DNA of 64,000 nt from Patescibacteria group bacterium. Its GTDB lineage: Bacteria > Patescibacteriota > Patescibacteriia > S139-126 > S139-133. Positions 47,958 to 57,042 of the stretch are shown here, in pieces; the stretch's first letter is position 1; each line of letters begins with the position of its first letter. A program made the translations under genes and the position numbers. The notes beneath the pieces are model-generated. The model did not search any database, had not been told where the DNA came from, and saw nothing but the letters and a program-made list of their open reading frames with translations. The stretch lies in assembly GCA_049604715.1 (NCBI GenBank), contig JBMYTV010000002.1:56455-120454 (forward strand), written 5' to 3'.

Positions 47958-48671
47958 TCAGGCTGATTGCTTTACTACCTTAGGCACAAACATCTTATGC
48001 GGCACGATATATACGTGCTCATTCGTACCTGGAATTTCAAAACTCTCAATAACTTTGCCATCGTATTTGGACATATCACCCATGCGAATAGAGCGCCCTG
48101 CGGTTCTTCTTCCATTGGGCCAATAATTGACAATCAGTGACTGGCCAAACGCTGGATGGGTGCAACGTTGAATCTGTACACTAACCACTCCACGTTCACC
48201 TACACAGGTCTTCCCGTTCATCTCATCCCTTTTAAATCCGAAGAAGTGGCGCTTTACTACGACGGGCTTACCATGCCTATCGTGAGCCACATAACCCTGG
48301 CGGTAAAAACTTCTTTGGATCTTTACCATCCCCGGGATATTTTCTTGAAATGCAGGGAATTCAAGGATGAACTCCTCATAGTTTATGAGGTCGTCATTTG
48401 CAGCTGCAATTGCAGCCTCTACTTGGTCTCTGGACATCACATCCACATAACTGATTGGATGTTTGTATCCTTTGAACGGGAGCGGATTGGGCGGCTCGGT
48501 CCACTTGGGAAGCTTCTTTACAAAAAGCGAACCGGTGAACAAAACTTCGTAGTTAGCCATCTGCCGGGGATCAAAGTAGGGACTTTCTTCATTATTTTTT
48601 TCCGCCGAAATAGCTGCGACCAGCATTTCTTCAGTGGTCTCTTTAAATGGTGCAAAAATCACATGTTTCAT
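47958..48671 (-). CDS. ORFan soluble protein in a stand-alone expression cassette
   Basis: 237 aa; AGGAGGT SD; own promoter and hairpin. Confidence 0.78.
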   Translation of the reverse strand: MKHVIFAPFKETTEEMLVAAISAEKNNEESPYFDPRQMANYEVLFTGSLFVKKLPKWTEPPNPLPFKGYKHPISYVDVMSRDQVEAAIAAANDDLINYEEFILEFPAFQENIPGMVKIQRSFYRQGYVAHDRHGKPVVVKRHFFGFKRDEMNGKTCVGERGVVSVQIQRCTHPAFGQSLIVNYWPNGRRTAGRSIRMGDMSKYDGKVIESFEIPGTNEHVYIVPHKMFVPKVVKQSA

Positions 48672-48733
48672 GTGACCTCCTAATCCTTTTTTAGTGAGTA
48701 TTATATTTTTTTGGTGCTGCGAAAATACTTCAT

Positions 48734-48762
48734 ATAATACTACAAATTACAGAAAATGTCAA
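48734..48762 (-). promoter_or_regulatory. Sigma70-type promoter of 47958-48671
   Basis: TTGACA-17 nt-TATTAT. Confidence 0.72.
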
Positions 48763-48805
48763 TATGTGACATTTTTATTGTACTTTTCCCTTATATTAGC
48801 CTAAA

Positions 48806-49942
48806 CTACACCCTGTAAACTTGTAATAACTGCTCCACAATACGTCTCCAAAGGTATTTATCTTGGGCTAGATTAGCAGCTGTTTGGCTCATTTTTGCAT
48901 GTTCTTCTTTATTATCTAAAATATACTGTAGTTTTTCTGCTAACTTACGAGGATTGTTCTTCGGAACTACAAAGCCTGTCTGACCTTCTATGCCAACAGT
49001 CCGTACTCCTGGTAAATCTGATGCTATAATAGGACTTGCGCAGGCAAGTGCCTCAACCAACACTATACCAAACGCCTCACTCATATCAGTACTAGGAAGT
49101 ACTGTGACGTAAGCGTTTCTATACCAATCAGGCATGACAATATCTTCTTGGTACCCAGTGAACGTAACCCTATCTGCAATTCCCAAATCAGATGCCTGCT
49201 TTTTATACTCATTAATCATATCCCCTTTACCAACACATACCAAATGCCAATCATTACTTGAAATTTCCGCACACGCCCGGAGTAGTACATGCACTCCTTT
49301 AAAATAGTGCTCACGCCGAAGTCCTCCAACAAACAAGATGATCTTTTTATTGCTATCAATACTATACTTCTTGAAAAGCTCTAAACTTTTTTCACCCGGC
49401 TTATACTCTTCAGTCACACCAAAGGGTAATTCTACAAATTTTTCAGGGTTTCGCTCTGCATACAACCGAACATATGAGTGCAGCGCATAGTCACGAGTTG
49501 ATACAAAAACAATTTTTGCTGCTTTTATAAGCAAAGGTAAAACAAAAAACCTATGCACACGAAAAAGCAAACCAAGCCATCCAGTAGATACTGTATCCAT
49601 ATGATAAAACACATACAACCTCTTACCTTTTCTCCTACCTACAAACAATTGCCATAAAACAACAAACACACCCATTCCATACGCTGGGTAATGTAACTGA
49701 ATTACATTGTATTTTTTTAGATGTCTAACTACCTGTGGACAAAACGCAGCCAACCCCCAGAAAAACAAAGGCTTTAGATAATGCACTGTATACGGAGTAT
49801 CAATCTTTTCATTAGTATAGGCTGGTGTAATCACCTCTACATCTTCCCCAAACTCATGCAAATACTTAGCATAGTACCATGGCACTTGCCCCATACCACC
49901 TTTGTATGGCGGAAAAACAGTTGTAATTTGTGCAATTTTCAT
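48806..49942 (-). CDS. Glycosyltransferase family 4
   Basis: FPPYKGG, FVGGL...KGV, EAFGIVLVEA (EX7E). Confidence 0.92.
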   Translation of the reverse strand: MKIAQITTVFPPYKGGMGQVPWYYAKYLHEFGEDVEVITPAYTNEKIDTPYTVHYLKPLFFWGLAAFCPQVVRHLKKYNVIQLHYPAYGMGVFVVLWQLFVGRRKGKRLYVFYHMDTVSTGWLGLLFRVHRFFVLPLLIKAAKIVFVSTRDYALHSYVRLYAERNPEKFVELPFGVTEEYKPGEKSLELFKKYSIDSNKKIILFVGGLRREHYFKGVHVLLRACAEISSNDWHLVCVGKGDMINEYKKQASDLGIADRVTFTGYQEDIVMPDWYRNAYVTVLPSTDMSEAFGIVLVEALACASPIIASDLPGVRTVGIEGQTGFVVPKNNPRKLAEKLQYILDNKEEHAKMSQTAANLAQDKYLWRRIVEQLLQVYRV

Positions 49943-50851
49943 TTATCTATTCTTAAACCATTCCCAGGTTAATTGCAGCCCTTGTTCAAATGTGACCTTT
50001 GGCTCCCAGCCAAGATCTTGTTTTATCTTGTCGTACTTAAGCACACTTCGCATCATTTCTCCTTCAACATAACTCTCATGTATTGCTTGAGTATCTGAAC
50101 CAGCAACCTTTGCTTGTAGGTCATACAGATCATCAACTGAAATCTCAGTGTTGGTAGATACAATATACACGCCCATACCCTTAGTAATTCCTGTCATAAG
50201 CGCGTCAACCATATCACCAACATAAACAAAATCTCTTGTTTGTTTACCACCAAATATCTTTGAGGTATTACCCTCAAGCATGCTTTCAAAAAATAAAGCT
50301 ATAACCCCAGCCTCACCTTTTGGATCTTGCCGAGGCCCATACACATTTGATGGCCGAAAGCTTAGTGTCTCTATACCCTGAATCGTATGATAATACTGCA
50401 AAAAATTATCAATTGTCTGTTTTGCTAAGCCATATGGTGATAGCGGCATCTCTGGAGCCTCTTCATCTGCCGCGCCCTGAGCTTGATCATAGATAGCACC
50501 GCCTGATGATACAAAAATGATTTTTTTTGCACCTACTCTTTTTGCACTTTCCAAAATATTCAAACCTCCCAAAATATTCACTTCTGCATCAAATAATGGA
50601 TTTTCTAGTGAAACTCGTACATTTTTTTGGGCAGCCAAATGATACACTATGTCAGGCTTAAATTGACCAAAAAGCGACTCAACCTTTTTGTCTTGAATTT
50701 CAATCTGCTCAAAACTTGCTTTTGGGTTTATGTACTTTTTACTTCCTGTAGAAAGATCATCCAGTATCAATACATCATGACCTGCAACAATCAATGCGTC
50801 AACTAAATGAGAACCTATAAATCCCGCTCCTCCAGTAACCAAAATCTTCAT
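49943..50851 (-). CDS. NAD-dependent epimerase/dehydratase (UDP-glucose 4-epimerase-like)
   Basis: TGGAGFIGS, SSGGAIY, YGLAK, NVYGPRQ. Confidence 0.9.
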   Translation of the reverse strand: MKILVTGGAGFIGSHLVDALIVAGHDVLILDDLSTGSKKYINPKASFEQIEIQDKKVESLFGQFKPDIVYHLAAQKNVRVSLENPLFDAEVNILGGLNILESAKRVGAKKIIFVSSGGAIYDQAQGAADEEAPEMPLSPYGLAKQTIDNFLQYYHTIQGIETLSFRPSNVYGPRQDPKGEAGVIALFFESMLEGNTSKIFGGKQTRDFVYVGDMVDALMTGITKGMGVYIVSTNTEISVDDLYDLQAKVAGSDTQAIHESYVEGEMMRSVLKYDKIKQDLGWEPKVTFEQGLQLTWEWFKNR

Positions 50852-51882
50852 ACTATAAAATTTTTAACAATACTAAAGTAAATTCTAAAAATTGGATTGT
50901 ATACAAAACGCAGCGCAAATGACTTAATACCATCAAACTTAAGACTTGTGGTCATCACTCGCATTATTTCTTTATCTGACATTGTCCTTATCTGACGAGT
51001 ATGACTACGCTCTTTGATAATATGAAAAATACTTAGTATAAATCCGCCATAGCTTTTTATCTTCCACATACCCCAACCTGAGATAAATGCATAAAAAATC
51101 ATAGCAACTTCAGTTGCAAGTAATGCTGGTAGCAACAAACAAATAGTCCAAAGTCGATACCTTGAAGCAAGTACTAGTAGGCGATTACGTTCTGCATAAT
51201 AAAACTTTTTGCCTCCAAGGGTAAAAGTGTGATCATGAAATACAACACTCTGACTGGCAAGCCTAACCCTAAAGCCTGCCAAGCGAGCCCGCCATGAATA
51301 ATCTACATCTTCGTGGTACATAAACAAATACTCGTCAAGTAAACCAATTCGCTCTAATACACTTCGCTTGATAAGCATACTAGCACCTGATGCAACTGGC
51401 ACATCTCTATCCTCAGTATAATCACTACTCAAGTGCTTGTATCCGCCTGACCATGAAAAACCAAGCGGATGCAGTGGATTGCCAATAGTATCAACACGAA
51501 ACGCCTGCTGCATGAACAAGATCTTACTTTGCACTATACCAACATACGGATCTTCATCAGCAGTAACTACAAGATGCTCAAGCCAAGTATCACGCGGCTT
51601 TGTATCATCATTCAGAAGAACAACTGCATCATACCCACGCTCTAGCGCATACATAATACCAAGGTTATTACCCTTGGCAAATCCTAAATTTCTTTTCTGT
51701 GGCAAAAGCAGTACATCTGAAAAGTCCTTGGATACAATGTCTACAGTTGCATCGCTTGATGCATTATCAACAACCATTACGTCGTATTTGTCCTTGGCGT
51801 AGCTCTGAGAATAAACAGACCGCAAGCAGGTTGCGATGCGATCTTGAGCATTATAGGTAACTATGATAACGATAATTCGCAT
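50848..51882 (-). CDS. Glycosyltransferase family 2 (rhamnosyltransferase-like)
   Basis: VDNASSD, NLGFAKGNN, LLNDD, FMYHEDVD. Confidence 0.9.
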   Translation of the reverse strand: MRIIVIIVTYNAQDRIATCLRSVYSQSYAKDKYDVMVVDNASSDATVDIVSKDFSDVLLLPQKRNLGFAKGNNLGIMYALERGYDAVVLLNDDTKPRDTWLEHLVVTADEDPYVGIVQSKILFMQQAFRVDTIGNPLHPLGFSWSGGYKHLSSDYTEDRDVPVASGASMLIKRSVLERIGLLDEYLFMYHEDVDYSWRARLAGFRVRLASQSVVFHDHTFTLGGKKFYYAERNRLLVLASRYRLWTICLLLPALLATEVAMIFYAFISGWGMWKIKSYGGFILSIFHIIKERSHTRQIRTMSDKEIMRVMTTSLKFDGIKSFALRFVYNPIFRIYFSIVKNFIV

Positions 51883-52241
51883 TATTCTAAAGTTTTATCT
51901 GTATTTGATTTTTTAACATTACGTATAGCAACTTCACGTGTAAGCTCAGTAATACTCTTTTCAATTCTATCAATTTTACTATAAAGTCGAAAAATTATAT
52001 AAAACAAAACTGGAATTGCCATATACACAGCCAGATCAACGCCCCTACCAGTCTCAAGTCCAACGCCCTGAGCTAGCTGGTCAGTTGTTTGTGGCAAAGC
52101 TGCAGCAATACCAACTGCAATCCAAAAAACTGTCCACCAAAGCCACTCTTTGAAACTGATATCAGACTGCACGTAACGCACAAAAACACGAATACATGCA
52201 AACGCTGCAAACAAGGCTATTATTATCTGAAATACTGTCAT
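51882..52241 (-). CDS. DUF2304-like membrane protein
   Basis: 119 aa; GRGVD, IT.L.RE.AI; follows DPM1-like GT2. Confidence 0.8.
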   Translation of the reverse strand: MTVFQIIIALFAAFACIRVFVRYVQSDISFKEWLWWTVFWIAVGIAAALPQTTDQLAQGVGLETGRGVDLAVYMAIPVLFYIIFRLYSKIDRIEKSITELTREVAIRNVKKSNTDKTLE

Positions 52242-52242
52242 A

Positions 52243-52908
52243 CTATTTTACTAGTTTAGCCTTTATTAAATCAAAAACTATACGAATCCCCCCACTCAAA
52301 CCCTGACCAAACTCATGATAAAGGATATCAACTGGTACCTCAGTGAAGGTGAGTTTGTTTAGCTTGATCTTTTCTAAAATCTCACTTGCATGTGCCTTCC
52401 CATCTTGTGTGATGTGAATAGTCTCTGCAGCATTTCGTGAAAGAGCACGAAAACCACAATGCGCATCTGTAAGCCACAAGCCTGTAAAAAGGACATTAAC
52501 AACACGCCCCACTGGATGAATAAAATATCTTTTTAAAAATGGCAATTCTTTTGTTGACCTCAAATAGCGTGAACCAAGTGTCACCTCAAAATCACCGTCA
52601 GCTATCGGCTGTATCATCGCCTTTATGTCACTAGCCTGCATCTGACCATCAGCATCAAAGTGAACTATAATATCCGCACCATTTCTCAGAGCGTACTGTG
52701 TGCCTGTTTCAAGCGCCGCGCCCTGATCTCTGTTTATAACATGCCTCAATACATGCGCTCCAGCAATAAGCGCTTTTTGTGATGTTGCATCTTTTGAACC
52801 ATCGTCAACAACAACTATATTGCTGTATCCATGCGCATACAAGTCTTCTACAACATTTTTAATGCGCTTTTCTTCATAATATGCCGGAATAACAACAAAA
52901 ATATTCAT
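52243..52908 (-). CDS. GT2, DPM1-like polyprenol-phosphate glycosyltransferase
   Basis: VDDGSKD, N..QGAA, FDADGQ, GSR, TDAHCGFRA. Confidence 0.88.
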   Translation of the reverse strand: MNIFVVIPAYYEEKRIKNVVEDLYAHGYSNIVVVDDGSKDATSQKALIAGAHVLRHVINRDQGAALETGTQYALRNGADIIVHFDADGQMQASDIKAMIQPIADGDFEVTLGSRYLRSTKELPFLKRYFIHPVGRVVNVLFTGLWLTDAHCGFRALSRNAAETIHITQDGKAHASEILEKIKLNKLTFTEVPVDILYHEFGQGLSGGIRIVFDLIKAKLVK

Positions 52909-52910
52909 GC

Positions 52911-53918
52911 CTAGACATTTAATACACCGTGTTGAGACTGCATAAACTCAATAGTCTTGCCCATACCTTCTTCAATTCCAACAAGCGGAAACCAACCAAG
53001 ATCTTGCTTGGCACTAGCGATATCAGGCAAGCCTTCTCGGTATACAAATGGATATTTCTCTGCTTCACGTATCTCAGAGCTAGATTCTGCTAATGTAACA
53101 ATCATATCTGCCACATCCCGAACGCGATACGCCTCAGGATGACCAAAATTATAAGGACCTGACTTATCTGAATTCATAAACTTAATAAGCCCATCAATCA
53201 AATCATCAATATACAAAAATGACGCCACCATAGACTCAAGGTTACCATGAATAGTAATTGGATCATCTTCAAGTGCATGTGCAATAAAATCTGGAATTAA
53301 CCTTCCATCATTAAGCTTCATCTTTGGGCCGTATGTTTTGAAAATACGAGCTACTTTTGTTTGTAACTTATGATGTACATTAAAGTTCCCAACCATTGTC
53401 TCAGCAAAACGCTTTCCTTCATTATATGAACTACGTGGCCCTAGCATATCAACGTACCCGTGATAATCCTCCTTAAACCGTGACATACCAGGAAGAAGAG
53501 CTCCATACACAGCTGCTGTTGAGGCATGCAAAAACTTTGACCCATATTCTTTGGCAACCATCAGCGCATTATAAGTAGCATGAGAATTTGCTAGAAGTGT
53601 CTCGAGCGGCACATCATTATAGTGCTTCGGTGATGTTGGACATGCCAAATGGTACACCTCATGCAGACCCTTATACTTAAGTTGGAATGCATCAAGCTCA
53701 GGAAATTTTCGAAAATCAAGCGCCTGCACTAAGTCATGTTTTAGAAATTTAAAATTTGGATATGTCAAAAGCAGGTCGATATTTTTTTCGCTACCAGTAA
53801 TAAAATTATCAACACAAATGACGTGGTGACCTTCACGAACAAATCGATCACAAAGGTGTGATCCAATAAATCCGGCGCCACCCGTTATGAGTATATTTTT
53901 TGTGGTTTCTTGGGCCAT
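52911..53918 (-). CDS. UDP-glucuronate decarboxylase-like SDR
   Basis: TGGAGFIGSH, HLACPTSP, YNEGKRFAE, RIF.TYGP. Confidence 0.85.
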   Translation of the reverse strand: MAQETTKNILITGGAGFIGSHLCDRFVREGHHVICVDNFITGSEKNIDLLLTYPNFKFLKHDLVQALDFRKFPELDAFQLKYKGLHEVYHLACPTSPKHYNDVPLETLLANSHATYNALMVAKEYGSKFLHASTAAVYGALLPGMSRFKEDYHGYVDMLGPRSSYNEGKRFAETMVGNFNVHHKLQTKVARIFKTYGPKMKLNDGRLIPDFIAHALEDDPITIHGNLESMVASFLYIDDLIDGLIKFMNSDKSGPYNFGHPEAYRVRDVADMIVTLAESSSEIREAEKYPFVYREGLPDIASAKQDLGWFPLVGIEEGMGKTIEFMQSQHGVLNV

Positions 53919-53926
53919 AAGGATAC

Positions 53927-54637
53927 CTATTTAAAGCGTTTGCGTAATTGAAATGTTGTTTTGAGCATTCGGAGTGATGTTTGAACGAGTTTGTATTTGG
54001 TTGTTATAAAAGTGGATGCTTTATTTTCTTCCCAATATGTTGGAACTTCAGTAATTTGATAATTATGCTGTTTACAAAGTAGCAAAAGCTCAATATCAAA
54101 TGCCATGTTGTTTACACTCAAGTCAGGTAATATTTTTTTAATGACATCCTGCTTAAATACTTTTGCCCCGCACTGAGTATCTGCATAAGGTAGCTCTACA
54201 ATAAGACGAACCAAAAACCTAAACCCATATCCCGCAATCCGGCGGAACCATGATACTCTGTTTGCTATTTCAGCACCCTCTGCATACCGCGACGCAATTG
54301 TACCATCTACATTTTCAAGTGCTTGCAGTAACTTGTTAAACTCTCGAGCTGGTGTAGAGCCATCAGCATCAACATATCCAACATATTCATTTCTGATTGA
54401 GGTAAATCCCAGACGAACTGCCCACCCTTTTCCATAACTCTCTTTATGCACTTCATATGTAATCCTCTCAGGATACTTTGCTTGCCAGTCTTTGACCACA
54501 CTTTCTGTATTATCAGAACACCCGTTGAGTACAACGTGAAACAGTACCGAATCAGCCATTGTGGTTAGGTAGTCCTCAAACATTGGCCCTATCCGCTCTG
54601 CTTCATTGTATGCTGGTACCACTAGTGTTACATCCAT
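53927..54637 (-). CDS. GT2, dolichyl-phosphate glucosyltransferase-like
   Basis: PAYNE, GKG.AV, DADGS, DTQCGAK, FDIELL. Confidence 0.87.
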   Translation of the reverse strand: MDVTLVVPAYNEAERIGPMFEDYLTTMADSVLFHVVLNGCSDNTESVVKDWQAKYPERITYEVHKESYGKGWAVRLGFTSIRNEYVGYVDADGSTPAREFNKLLQALENVDGTIASRYAEGAEIANRVSWFRRIAGYGFRFLVRLIVELPYADTQCGAKVFKQDVIKKILPDLSVNNMAFDIELLLLCKQHNYQITEVPTYWEENKASTFITTKYKLVQTSLRMLKTTFQLRKRFK

Positions 54638-54641
54638 ATGG

Positions 54642-55097
54642 TTATTCTGGGTTTATCATACCTTTTTCCGTGCGAAATGACCAGTATTTATGAGCAGTAA
54701 AATTCCAAAATGTACCAATACCCATGGCTATAACTTTGGCTAAAATATCATAGAGCTTAAACTCTACGACACCTATATACAAAATTGACTGAACCAGTGC
54801 TATGTAAATCAATGCAACAGTCCAAAACTTCAAATACTGCTTGGCTATATTCTTTGATTTGTTTCTGAATGTGTAGTGTTTATTTAGAAAAAAAGATGAG
54901 GTTGTGGCAATAATAAAAGCAACAATATTTGCTCCCAAATAATTTGTTTGCCAAAAATCAAATGTACGTGTCAATCCAATGTAAATACTAAAATCAAGAA
55001 CAGCATTAGTAGCCCCAACTAATAAAAAAACAAACACTTCTCTACCAAGTGGAATATGTTTATCTACATAGTGTTGTATTTTATTAAATATTCTCAT
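54642..55097 (-). CDS. GtrA family lipid-linked sugar flippase
   Basis: F.LVG..N..D, SFFLNK.YTF, WNF...K.W.F. Confidence 0.88.
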   Translation of the reverse strand: MRIFNKIQHYVDKHIPLGREVFVFLLVGATNAVLDFSIYIGLTRTFDFWQTNYLGANIVAFIIATTSSFFLNKHYTFRNKSKNIAKQYLKFWTVALIYIALVQSILYIGVVEFKLYDILAKVIAMGIGTFWNFTAHKYWSFRTEKGMINPE

Positions 55098-56983
55098 TAG
55101 TCATACACCAATGATCCCACGCGTACACCACCCGCAAAATTTGGGCTATACGCTTGGAGGGTTTGTTGTTTGTTTCCAAGCCAATCAAAAATACCAACCT
55201 CAGGCGCCATTCCAGCGCTATTTCCTACTACTACCTGTGTTAATCCATCACCATTCATATCAGTCGCCATAACAGTAAAGCCGCCCTTTATATTTTCTGG
55301 TGCTGCAAACCACTGACTAGCAATTGACCCATTTGGTGAAAAAATACGTATATGCGCTCCGCCATCTGCCGCTGGTGCAGTGATTATCTCAGATGAACCG
55401 TTTACGGCAATGTCACCAACTGCAACGTTTACACCACCGCGGAAGTTTTCATTGTACGCCATGAACTGACTTTGTACTGCACCTTGAGCATTAAATACTC
55501 TAACATGCGGACCGCCACCACTACCTGCTCCGGTTATAATTTCTGCAATTCCGTCCCCGTTAGTATCACCAACTGCAACGTTCACACCACCGCGAAATGC
55601 TGGATTATAAGCCATAAATTCATACTCAATAATACCATTCATATCAAAAACTCGAATAAGTGGAACATGATCATTTGTTGTCGCTGTGATGACTTCCACA
55701 AATCCGTCATTATCAACGTCACCACTTGCTGTACTAACACCGCCGCGGTAATACGACTCAAACGCAAACCACTGACTCAAAATATTTCCTTGATAATCAA
55801 GAACTCTAACATGCGGACCGCCTTGGCTGGCTGGTCCTGTGATCACGTATGACCTGTTTACTGCACTAGTTGGGTTACCACCAAGTGTAGCGTGTGCAGT
55901 TTCTAAACTAGCTTCAGCATTTACCACTCCAGATCCGACTTTGCCTTTAAACTCATTTTGCTGCAGAGCATCAATAGAATCGGATGAATTCACAATAATG
56001 TCACGAATCTGAGCAGGAGTAAGGCTAGGGTTTTTGGCTTTTATGAGAGCTGCTAAACCAGACACAACCGGGGCGGCCACTGATGTTCCACTCCAACCAC
56101 CGCCATAAGCCTCGCTAAATGAATCATTTTCAGGATCATAAACTTGTGTACCATAAAAAGAAACCCCAGGCGCAGCTACGTCAACACATTTTGATCCATA
56201 ATTTGAAAAATTAGTCAGAACATTAAACTGATCAAGTGCAGCTACACCAATAACCATGTTTTGAGCACCGTCATAACAAACAGGATACGCAGCATCAACT
56301 GCTAGATCCTTTGGCGCCTCACCTTCGTTACCAGATGCAGCAACCAGCACCACACCTTGGTTGTATGCTCTGGTGATTGCTTGTTCTAAATCAAAACTAT
56401 AATCACTCCCTACAAAACTTAAGTTAATAATATCTGCACCCTGTGCCACTGCATAGTCAATTGCACGAGCCACTTGAGACGCGTCACCATTACCTTGATT
56501 GTTTAGAACTTTAATAGGCATTATTTTAATCTGCCATGCCATTCCTGCTACACCAACACCATTGGCTCCTCGCGCACCAATAACCCCTGCTATGATTGTG
56601 CCGTGTTGCGCAGCCGAAAACTCAGCATCGGCAACATCAGGAATAACATTGTTATTGTTCTCCAAAAAATTCCATCCATAAAAATCATCCGTATAACCAT
56701 TACGATCATTGTCAATCTGATCATAAGGAATCTCTGATGTATTTACCCAAATATTATCTCGAAGATCTGGATGATTTATATCAACGCCTGTATCAAGTAC
56801 AGCAACTACAATATCATAGGAGCCTTGTGTATATTCCCATGCCCGTGGAGCTTTGATGTGTGGCAAATACCACTGTCTAAAAAAATCAGGGTCATTTGGA
56901 ACAATAGCAAAAGTAGGCTGTGCAATAACAAACAAGCCCAAGACAAATATGCTTAACCGTAAAAATATATTTTCTTTTTTCAT
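55097..56983 (-). CDS. Secreted S8 subtilisin-like peptidase with C-terminal FG-GAP/VCBS-like repeats
   Basis: Signal peptide; triad DTG, HGT, GTS; repeats GPHVRV...FRGGV.VA.GD..GDG..EIIT. Confidence 0.9.
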   Translation of the reverse strand: MKKENIFLRLSIFVLGLFVIAQPTFAIVPNDPDFFRQWYLPHIKAPRAWEYTQGSYDIVVAVLDTGVDINHPDLRDNIWVNTSEIPYDQIDNDRNGYTDDFYGWNFLENNNNVIPDVADAEFSAAQHGTIIAGVIGARGANGVGVAGMAWQIKIMPIKVLNNQGNGDASQVARAIDYAVAQGADIINLSFVGSDYSFDLEQAITRAYNQGVVLVAASGNEGEAPKDLAVDAAYPVCYDGAQNMVIGVAALDQFNVLTNFSNYGSKCVDVAAPGVSFYGTQVYDPENDSFSEAYGGGWSGTSVAAPVVSGLAALIKAKNPSLTPAQIRDIIVNSSDSIDALQQNEFKGKVGSGVVNAEASLETAHATLGGNPTSAVNRSYVITGPASQGGPHVRVLDYQGNILSQWFAFESYYRGGVSTASGDVDNDGFVEVITATTNDHVPLIRVFDMNGIIEYEFMAYNPAFRGGVNVAVGDTNGDGIAEIITGAGSGGGPHVRVFNAQGAVQSQFMAYNENFRGGVNVAVGDIAVNGSSEIITAPAADGGAHIRIFSPNGSIASQWFAAPENIKGGFTVMATDMNGDGLTQVVVGNSAGMAPEVGIFDWLGNKQQTLQAYSPNFAGGVRVGSLVYD

Positions 56984-57042
56984 ATGTATATAGTAGCAAA
57001 TTGTAGCTAAAACATAAACAAAAGTTTACGATTTGCTACAAG

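Noticed and set aside
48156-48683. 175-aa plus-strand ORF
   Set aside because: Antisense shadow of 47958-48671, which has the promoter, SD and hairpin.
55400-55830. Repeats in the S8 gene as DGR template/variable repeats
   Set aside because: In-frame protein repeats without an evident adenine-specific mismatch pattern; no reverse transcriptase in window.
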